Positions 58,194 through 64,000 of a stretch of 64,000 nucleotides of DNA are shown piece by piece; the first letter of the stretch is position 1, and every line of letters begins with the position of its first letter. The translations under genes were made by a program, and so were the position numbers. This DNA comes from an uncultured virus (IMG/VR IMGVR_UViG_3300044641_009318). Lineage: Duplodnaviria; Heunggongvirae; Uroviricota; Caudoviricetes. The stretch lies in IMG/VR virus record IMGVR_UViG_3300044641_009318. One strand, 5' to 3'. The notes under the pieces are model-generated. The model did no database searches, was not told the DNA's origin, and saw nothing but the letters and a program-made list of their open reading frames with translations.

Positions 58194-58751
58194 TTAAGTT
58201 TTCAACTTATCGTAGAGAATTTGTGAAATTCTTTCAGGGTCCTTAGTGTTTTCTTCGGATAATAAATTTTTTGTCATTTCATAAATCTTGAAATAGTGTT
58301 CATCCCCGAGTGATTTATAAAATCCTTTGGGGATGATTTCGTTTGGGGACATAAGACCCAATTTTTTCATTTGGTGTAACTTTTGTTCCGCATATCGGTC
58401 AGCGGTAACTTCCATCTGTCTTAGAAATGACAAACCTTCTGAGACTGAAAATTCTTTTGTATGTATTGCCATCATTTTTTTCGTACCATATTTTTTGAAT
58501 TGGTATTGATGGGCAACCTCATGGAAAAGTGCGAACAATAAACTCGGTAGTGATGTGTTCATCACCTTGGGTGAAAAGATTATACCATTTGGTAAAGACA
58601 ATGCGACACCATACCTCAGAGAATGGATTTCAATTGAAACGAGTCCCGAAGAATCGAAGGTTTCCCAAAAGTAACTTCTTGAAGACTTAAGTTCAGGATA
58701 CTTTCTCATCAGTATATCCAAAAACACCTCTAAACTATCGTTGACACCCAT
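58194..58751 (-). CDS. HExxH zincin-like protein
   Basis: LFHEVAHQYQ..EVTADRYA. Confidence 0.65.
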   Translation of the reverse strand: MGVNDSLEVFLDILMRKYPELKSSRSYFWETFDSSGLVSIEIHSLRYGVALSLPNGIIFSPKVMNTSLPSLLFALFHEVAHQYQFKKYGTKKMMAIHTKEFSVSEGLSFLRQMEVTADRYAEQKLHQMKKLGLMSPNEIIPKGFYKSLGDEHYFKIYEMTKNLLSEENTKDPERISQILYDKLKT

Positions 58752-58791
58752 TTTTACACGACTAATTGTTTATGTTAATATATTTATAATT

Positions 58792-59058
58792 ATGAAAGTT
58801 GTCAAACTCACCGAAAAGGATTTGGAAAAAATATTCGAGAAAATAATTTCCGAAGAAAAAGGATTACCTCAGTCTTTCGGATTCAACATGGTTCAAGATA
58901 AAAAGAAATCGAGTAGGGATAGAAAAATTGATATTCTCAGTCAGAAGTTCCTTCCTAAATTTGATGAGATTGCTAAAGAATATGGTGAAGATGTCGCAAT
59001 TGAAGCTGCGGAGGAACTTTTACAGTTGTTAGTTAGAAAATATATTTCAGAATCTTAA
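58792..59058 (+). CDS. hypothetical protein (I/L-x-E leader class)
   Basis: MKVVKLTEKDLEKIFEKIISEE; TATTTATA at 58781. Confidence 0.65.
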   Translation: MKVVKLTEKDLEKIFEKIISEEKGLPQSFGFNMVQDKKKSSRDRKIDILSQKFLPKFDEIAKEYGEDVAIEAAEELLQLLVRKYISES

Positions 59059-59080
59059 GTTTTGTTGTACATTTAAGAAA

Positions 59081-59308
59081 ATGAAATATTTTAAAAGAAA
59101 CCTTTCTGTATTTAATGGTGAAACCGATAAAAAGGGTGGACATAATCAGTGGTTATCTCGCCTTACCAAATTAGATTATTTAATTTTCGAATTCGGTTTT
59201 TGGAAACCAAACTACGACCACTTTTGGTATGATGGACAACATCACAATCTTTCTTTGGGTTTCATAAGAATATTTTGGGGAGGTGCTCCTTTTAAGGACA
59301 TTCCTTAA
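59081..59308 (+). CDS. hypothetical protein
   Basis: 75-aa aromatic-rich ORF. Confidence 0.55.
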   Translation: MKYFKRNLSVFNGETDKKGGHNQWLSRLTKLDYLIFEFGFWKPNYDHFWYDGQHHNLSLGFIRIFWGGAPFKDIP

Positions 59309-59511
59309 CTTTCTTTATACCCACAGGTACAATTATCACATCCACAACCAACATCCTCTTTTTTTGGTAAAACCCTGAAAGTACAGATTGGTTTACCATT
59401 TACTAAAGGCATTCCCCAATCATCGTACGTTATAGTTTTCACAACTACCTTTTTGTTTTTGAACCTACCCATCAGGATGGTGTCTCCAACTTGAACATTC
59501 AATTTTATCAT
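59305..59511 (-). CDS. hypothetical protein
   Basis: VQVGDTILMGRFKNKKVVVK..GMPLVNGK..FR; TATTTAT upstream. Confidence 0.65.
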   Translation of the reverse strand: MIKLNVQVGDTILMGRFKNKKVVVKTITYDDWGMPLVNGKPICTFRVLPKKEDVGCGCDNCTCGYKES

Positions 59512-59566
59512 GTTGATAAATATTTTGACAGGATTATGTTTTTGTCTTACCTTTGAAAAAAAAGTT

Positions 59567-59794
59567 ATGGAAAAGATTGTTCACTACGGAGACATCCACA
59601 AATGGGTAAAGAAAGTTATCTTGTCTTGTGAGACCCAACAACAACTTAACTCGGCGGAAAGACTTGTTCGTTACTTTGATAATCATAGTTCCTTGACTGA
59701 GCTTAGAAATAAAGACTTTCGCGCGTTTATGGATTTAAGCATGGAACTCGGAAGACTTGTGATTCTTAGACAAAATGAACTAATCAATTCCTAA
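59567..59794 (+). CDS. hypothetical protein
   Basis: WVKKVILSCETQQQLNSAERLV; TACCTTTG promoter at 59548. Confidence 0.6.
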   Translation: MEKIVHYGDIHKWVKKVILSCETQQQLNSAERLVRYFDNHSSLTELRNKDFRAFMDLSMELGRLVILRQNELINS

Positions 59795-60175
59795 GGGTTC
59801 ATAGAGAATCCACATTCTCAACTCAATAGGACCATCTTCCTTAAACTGAGAACAATCTTCTCTTACGTCTGAAGAAAAGATACTAACTCGGTAGAGAAAG
59901 TCGTCTGAGACAAGGATTTTACCTTCATAACCCATGAGTTCGAGTTCTTTAATGTAATTTTGAGCGTTCAACTCGTCCGTGAATGAACCCACCACAACAT
60001 GATACTCACGAAGAACTTCTTCCTCATAGGTTGGTTTGTCTTCTAAATTTTCATAAGGGTCTGACTCGACAATCCTTTCAGGGAGTTCACCTTCCTCTAT
60101 ACGTAATTTACTGGCACCAATCAATAGGAATATCCCGATTGCCAATAAAACAAAAAATTCAGACCATCTATTCAT
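59780..60175 (-). CDS. SPOR-domain (peptidoglycan-binding) membrane-anchored protein
   Basis: N-terminal TM; YHVVVGSFTDELNAQNYIKELELMGY..LYRVSI. Confidence 0.8.
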   Translation of the reverse strand: MNRWSEFFVLLAIGIFLLIGASKLRIEEGELPERIVESDPYENLEDKPTYEEEVLREYHVVVGSFTDELNAQNYIKELELMGYEGKILVSDDFLYRVSIFSSDVREDCSQFKEDGPIELRMWILYEPLGID

Positions 60176-60248
60176 ATCCCAAATATAATTATAAATTTTT
60201 TTGTCTTCAACCTATTCAAAATCAATTTTCAGTGATTATATTTTGGTT

Positions 60249-60545
60249 ATGGAAAACTTTGATATTGTTCAGAGGTCTTTTAGTTGGTCGGTTAGTGAAC
60301 AACTACCCAAGTTCGAATCAAGATATTTGACAGATTCAGAACTAATGTTGGTCGAAATTAAAGGAGAAGGACTCAACATCCGTTTAGAGAAACGAAAAAA
60401 TGAATTTGATACAAGTTGTTGGATGAAAGTTGACGGTAGACAAGTGTTACATTACAAGGGCAATATCACCGAATGCTTAGAACAACTCAGTAAAAAAATA
60501 GGATGGTGGAAAGACCCCGAAAAAAGGGTGAAAATTAACCTTTAA
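60249..60545 (+). CDS. hypothetical protein
   Basis: ORF; likely start ATG 60249. Confidence 0.55.
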   Translation: MENFDIVQRSFSWSVSEQLPKFESRYLTDSELMLVEIKGEGLNIRLEKRKNEFDTSCWMKVDGRQVLHYKGNITECLEQLSKKIGWWKDPEKRVKINL

Positions 60546-60657
60546 CTTCCTTCATCAAACGATTGATAACCTCAAGATTCAAAACTTGTTTCTTGTTTCT
60601 TTCGTTTACCGTTTTTTTGTTAGTCGGTTTTGGTAAAGATTTACGTGATTTTGCCAT
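60535..60657 (-). CDS. small basic protein (40 aa)
   Basis: Manual translation MAKSRKSLPKPTNKKTVNERNKKQVLNLEVINRLMKEVKG. Confidence 0.5.
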   Translation of the reverse strand: MAKSRKSLPKPTNKKTVNERNKKQVLNLEVINRLMKEVKG

Positions 60658-60661
60658 TTTT

Positions 60662-60982
60662 TTAATTTACTTCAAATAAAACTCTGTGTGTTGGAATGTC
60701 AAGAAACTCCCTTATGTACTTTGAATACTTTCTTTCTAAGTATTCTTCAATGTAATCGTAGTCAGAAGGTCTTATTTCATCCCAATTAACTGTTACGTAA
60801 ACATTGATTACTTTACCCATCATTGGATGATTCCTCAAAGTGTAGAATGCGTTTTCCAATTCGCCCTTGGAAAGTCTTGTCAGAAATGTATTGAATCGGT
60901 CCTCCACTTTGGGATAGTTCATTTCAGAGGAATCTTCCATCAGTTTTTTCAGTTGGGATTCAGTTATGACAATAGTTCTCAT
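60662..60982 (-). CDS. hypothetical protein (I/L-x-E leader class)
   Basis: MRTIVITESQLKKLMED; TATTTAT just upstream. Confidence 0.65.
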   Translation of the reverse strand: MRTIVITESQLKKLMEDSSEMNYPKVEDRFNTFLTRLSKGELENAFYTLRNHPMMGKVINVYVTVNWDEIRPSDYDYIEEYLERKYSKYIREFLDIPTHRVLFEVN

Positions 60983-60998
60983 AATCATAAATATTTTG

Positions 60999-61379
60999 TT
61001 AATCCATAATCCAATTAAAGATAGAGTAGTTCTCGGCGATTTGATTAATGTATTGAATAACCTCATCGAGTCCTCCGAGTTCCTCGTTTTCATATCTTGG
61101 GAATTCTACTTCAATATCAATATTTCCTCTGTTGTTAGAAACATGAAATGAAACGTAGTTGTCATTGAAGTAAGGGAATTCTTGCCCTTCAAAACCAAAT
61201 ACTTGAATTTCATCATCCATTATCAATAAACTTCTTGGGTCAACCAAATCGTATCTTAAAAGAAAATCGGCAACCATCAAAGTATCATCACTCGGATTCC
61301 CTAAAACGTTATTTTCTTCTTCATCGTTATAGAATTCTCGAAGTCTTTTGTGTTGAGATTCGGATATAATATATTTCAT
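60999..61379 (-). CDS. hypothetical protein (I/L-x-E leader class)
   Basis: MKYIISESQHKRLREF; TATTTAT at 61385-61391 on the minus strand. Confidence 0.7.
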   Translation of the reverse strand: MKYIISESQHKRLREFYNDEEENNVLGNPSDDTLMVADFLLRYDLVDPRSLLIMDDEIQVFGFEGQEFPYFNDNYVSFHVSNNRGNIDIEVEFPRYENEELGGLDEVIQYINQIAENYSIFNWIMD

Positions 61380-61428
61380 ATTAAATAAATACCTTTAGAA
61401 AAATATTTATTGATAAATACCAATAACT

Positions 61429-61668
61429 ATGGAGAGATTAAGACAATTCTTTAATCAACTTTTGAGTGAAGGGACTGCCGTTTCATCAAAAAGATTTTCA
61501 GGGATTGTTACCTTGTTAAATCTTATTATTTTGACTTATATTTCAACCATTAAGAATGGCACAACACCTGAATACATGTATACAACTCTCGCGTTTTTGG
61601 TTGGTTCACTTTTAGGGCTCACTTCAATCGAGAGAATCATGATGAAAAAAGACGAAAAGAAAGAATAA
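61429..61668 (+). CDS. two-TM small membrane protein (holin-like)
   Basis: VSSKRFSG, two TM helices, charged C-terminal tail. Confidence 0.5.
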   Translation: MERLRQFFNQLLSEGTAVSSKRFSGIVTLLNLIILTYISTIKNGTTPEYMYTTLAFLVGSLLGLTSIERIMMKKDEKKE

Positions 61669-61689
61669 TAATTATCAAACAAAAAAACT

Positions 61690-62268
61690 ATGAAATACAT
61701 TATTTCTGAATCTCAATACAATAAATTGTTGAATGAACAAGACACCGATGTTTGTCTTCAAGATGAACTCGATGAACTCAACGACCTACTAAGCGGAGTG
61801 GTAGAAGTTGATGTCGAAGATTTAGGTGGGGAAATACCTGATGAAGAGATTCTCGCTCAAGTTCAAGACCCGAAAAACAAAAGTTTATTATCTCGGGTTT
61901 TGAGTAATTTATCACAGATGAGCCCTGACCAATTAAGAGATGAGTTAAAGAAAATTATATCTCTTAGAAATATTAAAGAACAATCTACACCATACTTCGA
62001 AAGGGTAACAAACATCGGTGGGGTGGAAGTTCCTACCGCAGCTGTCCATGGTGTTTTGGGACTGTTGGCAATTAGTATTTTAAGTAAAATCATCAACTCA
62101 TTGGGAAATAACAGAGGTGGCTCAGGTGGAGGACGACGCAGAAGATATGGTAGAATTGCCTCCAAAGCAACCGGTTGTCAAGGAGGGAGCGCAAGAGCTA
62201 GACTTGTGAGGATGAGAAGACGTCGAGAGAATTGGAAAAGTTTCTTAAGAAAATTGGGATTAAGATAG
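61690..62268 (+). CDS. hypothetical protein (I/L-x-E leader class) with a hydrophobic helix and Arg-rich tail
   Basis: MKYIISESQYNKLLNEQ; VLGLLAISIL; GGRRRRYG..MRRRRE. Confidence 0.7.
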   Translation: MKYIISESQYNKLLNEQDTDVCLQDELDELNDLLSGVVEVDVEDLGGEIPDEEILAQVQDPKNKSLLSRVLSNLSQMSPDQLRDELKKIISLRNIKEQSTPYFERVTNIGGVEVPTAAVHGVLGLLAISILSKIINSLGNNRGGSGGGRRRRYGRIASKATGCQGGSARARLVRMRRRRENWKSFLRKLGLR

Positions 62269-62309
62269 AATTTTTGTTCTAAATCAAATTTTTGTTGTAC
62301 ATTTGTCTT

Positions 62310-62606
62310 ATGGATATGTACACCAAAGCCCACATTTTCCTTTACCACCTCAAAGAAGGTAAAGGATACAAGACTTCTGTAGACACCAAGGTTGTTTGTG
62401 TCAAACGTACTAAGAAGAAGATTGTTCTCTCAAATGGAGTGATTGTTCATTTAAAAGAGAAGAATGGTATGTTGTATTTCGCCACGGGAAGTATTGTTCG
62501 TGGTTACAAACGTTACGAGATTCTCAATCAAATTATCCGTGATATTGAAGGTTTTTTAACATACAAGAAACTCACCAAAAATGCAGACCTTTCTCCCGTA
62601 TTCTGA
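62310..62606 (+). CDS. hypothetical protein
   Basis: TACATTTG promoter at 62298-62305, then ATG 62310. Confidence 0.6.
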   Translation: MDMYTKAHIFLYHLKEGKGYKTSVDTKVVCVKRTKKKIVLSNGVIVHLKEKNGMLYFATGSIVRGYKRYEILNQIIRDIEGFLTYKKLTKNADLSPVF

Positions 62607-63075
62607 TTTTAGGTTATCTTTAAGGGCTTTGGATAACAAACGACTCGGCAAACAACGAGTCGAAGCTTATCAGATTATCTCTGCCATTACTCAACGTCCA
62701 CGTAAAGACGGTAATCCATATAAGGGGTGGGTATCACATCCTTGTTCGGTTATGTGGAGAGATTACGTCAATGCTCTGAAGATGTACTACAACGATTGTA
62801 TTGATGAGTGGAAGGACCGTGGGTTCAAGAATACAATGGAGTACGAACCAATCCTTGGGGATTTTGTTTTACCACATTGGCTCGGTAACGAAGAGTTCCA
62901 TTCGTCTCACAGGGCAAACTTACTTCGTAAAGACTATGGGTACTACTCAGCACAAGGATGGCCTGAAAACCCTGATGACCCATACATTTGGATGGATGGT
63001 GAAGGTAGATGGTACAAACAAATGGTGGGGGTGAACAAAAGAGTGTATTTTGAAGAAGGGGTTGTCTGTGATTAA
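62581..63075 (+). CDS. pyrimidine-dimer DNA glycosylase/endonuclease V-like protein (MSMEG_6728 family)
   Basis: MQTFLPY..LDNKRLGKQRVEAYQI..HP..MW..SHRANLLRKD. Confidence 0.85.
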   Translation: MQTFLPYSDFRLSLRALDNKRLGKQRVEAYQIISAITQRPRKDGNPYKGWVSHPCSVMWRDYVNALKMYYNDCIDEWKDRGFKNTMEYEPILGDFVLPHWLGNEEFHSSHRANLLRKDYGYYSAQGWPENPDDPYIWMDGEGRWYKQMVGVNKRVYFEEGVVCD

Positions 63076-63104
63076 TAGTTTGTTTATACTTTAAAAAAAA
63101 GAAT

Positions 63105-63536
63105 ATGAGTAGAGTTAAAATTTCCACTGTCAAGGGAGACATGATTGCTGAATTATACGATGAGGCGACTCCCATCACCGTCAAGAACTTTCTTGATTTA
63201 ATTAATAAAGGGTTCTACAACGGACTCAATTTCCACCGAGTGATTCCAAACTTCATGATTCAAGGTGGATGTCCTGAGGGAACAGGAAGAGGAGGGCCTG
63301 GATACAATATTCAATGTGAGGTAACAGCTCCGAATCAGTTCCATGATAAGGGAGTATTGTCAATGGCTCACGCTGGAAGAAACACAGGAGGTTCACAGTT
63401 TTTCATTTGTCATAACCGTCAGGTTACACAACATTTGGATGGTAACCACACTTGTTTCGGTAAAGTAGTGGAGGGTTTAGATATCATCGACCAAATCGCT
63501 CAAGGAGATAAAATTAACACAATCGAATTAATTTAA
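63105..63536 (+). CDS. cyclophilin-type peptidyl-prolyl isomerase
   Basis: FHRVIPNFMIQGG, LSMAHAGRNTGGSQFFI, HLDGNHTCFGKV. Confidence 0.95.
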   Translation: MSRVKISTVKGDMIAELYDEATPITVKNFLDLINKGFYNGLNFHRVIPNFMIQGGCPEGTGRGGPGYNIQCEVTAPNQFHDKGVLSMAHAGRNTGGSQFFICHNRQVTQHLDGNHTCFGKVVEGLDIIDQIAQGDKINTIELI

Positions 63537-63543
63537 AAAAAAT

Positions 63544-64000
63544 ATGGTTGTCGACATATACCATAAGGTTCAAGAGCTTAAGTCTACACCCTCAGACATT
63601 AATGAACATTTCGATGCGATAATCAATTATGGTAGCGAATGCAAACACATCACGGAGATGGGTGTTAGAAATATTGTATCGACATGGGGGTGGTTGTACA
63701 CCAAACCTGAGCATTTGATATGTTATGATATTCAGCATCCTGACAATTTGGGGGGTTCATTAGAGGATTTGGCGGATACTGCCAAAGCCCTTGGTACCAA
63801 TTTTAGTTTCACATTGGCGAATGTTTTACAGGTGGAGATTGAACCCACGGAACTCCTTTTTATTGACACTTGGCACGCATACAAACAATTAAAAGCGGAA
63901 TTGGACCTGCATGCTGATAAGGTTTCGAAATACATTGTATTGCATGATACAACATCTTACGAATCTTATGATGAAGATTCTTATTTGGATTGGGGTGATG
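63544..64000 (+). CDS. class I SAM-dependent methyltransferase (3'-truncated)
   Basis: Manual translation SDINEHF..HITEMGVR..STWGW..LLFIDTWHAYKQLKAEL..YIVLHDT; runs off the window. Confidence 0.75.
   Translation, partial: MVVDIYHKVQELKSTPSDINEHFDAIINYGSECKHITEMGVRNIVSTWGWLYTKPEHLICYDIQHPDNLGGSLEDLADTAKALGTNFSFTLANVLQVEIEPTELLFIDTWHAYKQLKAELDLHADKVSKYIVLHDTTSYESYDEDSYLDWGD

Noticed and set aside
1..64000. Stop-codon reassignment, as seen in some large Bacteroidota phages
   Set aside because: Recognisable genes are full length in code 11 and end at TAA, TAG and TGA without fragmentation
1..64000. Bacterial chromosome or eukaryotic giant-virus origin
   Set aside because: Housekeeping-like genes (glnA, glf, umuC) are isolated among phage-type genes (S74 fibres, Rnl1, DUF932, DUF3310); bacterial promoters and terminators exclude an NCLDV. 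No capsid or terminase gene is in the window, so the phage call remains an inference
1..64000. Diversity-generating retroelement, retron or transposon
   Set aside because: No reverse transcriptase, integrase or transposase motifs, and no adenine-variant template/variable repeat pair was seen

Overview
AT-rich, gene-dense segment of a very large (jumbo/huge) tailed phage genome. The host is almost certainly a Bacteroidota: TAnnTTTG (-7) promoters recur, two proteins carry T9SS C-terminal sorting signals, and there is a Bacteroidota-type TonB receptor. The standard genetic code fits throughout. In order: two WCT-motif/LRR paralogs, DUF932, a PcfJ-like protein, thioredoxin and glutaredoxin; three tandem ~1100-1200 aa Gly-X-Y fibre proteins with S74 chaperone domains; glutamine synthetase and an Rmt2/GAMT-like methyltransferase; a DNA MTase; a DIP1984-like gene followed by a candidate closed-stem ncRNA; a putative R-M cassette bracketed by near-identical terminators; an RNA-repair trio; a TonB receptor and lipoprotein behind an 11-bp-periodic Pho-box-like array; DHH and NUDIX hydrolases; an RNA island (pseudoknot/attenuator, initiator tRNA-Met, ~740-nt structured RNA, probably GOLLD-like); glycosyltransferases and glf; umuD (catalytic dyad apparently lost) and umuC; a secreted-protein cluster (T9SS cargo, cohesin/dockerin, CsgG-like, N/Q/S/G-rich protein); and small late genes sharing an N-terminal I/L-x-E leader. 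All product calls come from motif recognition by eye; no database searches were run.
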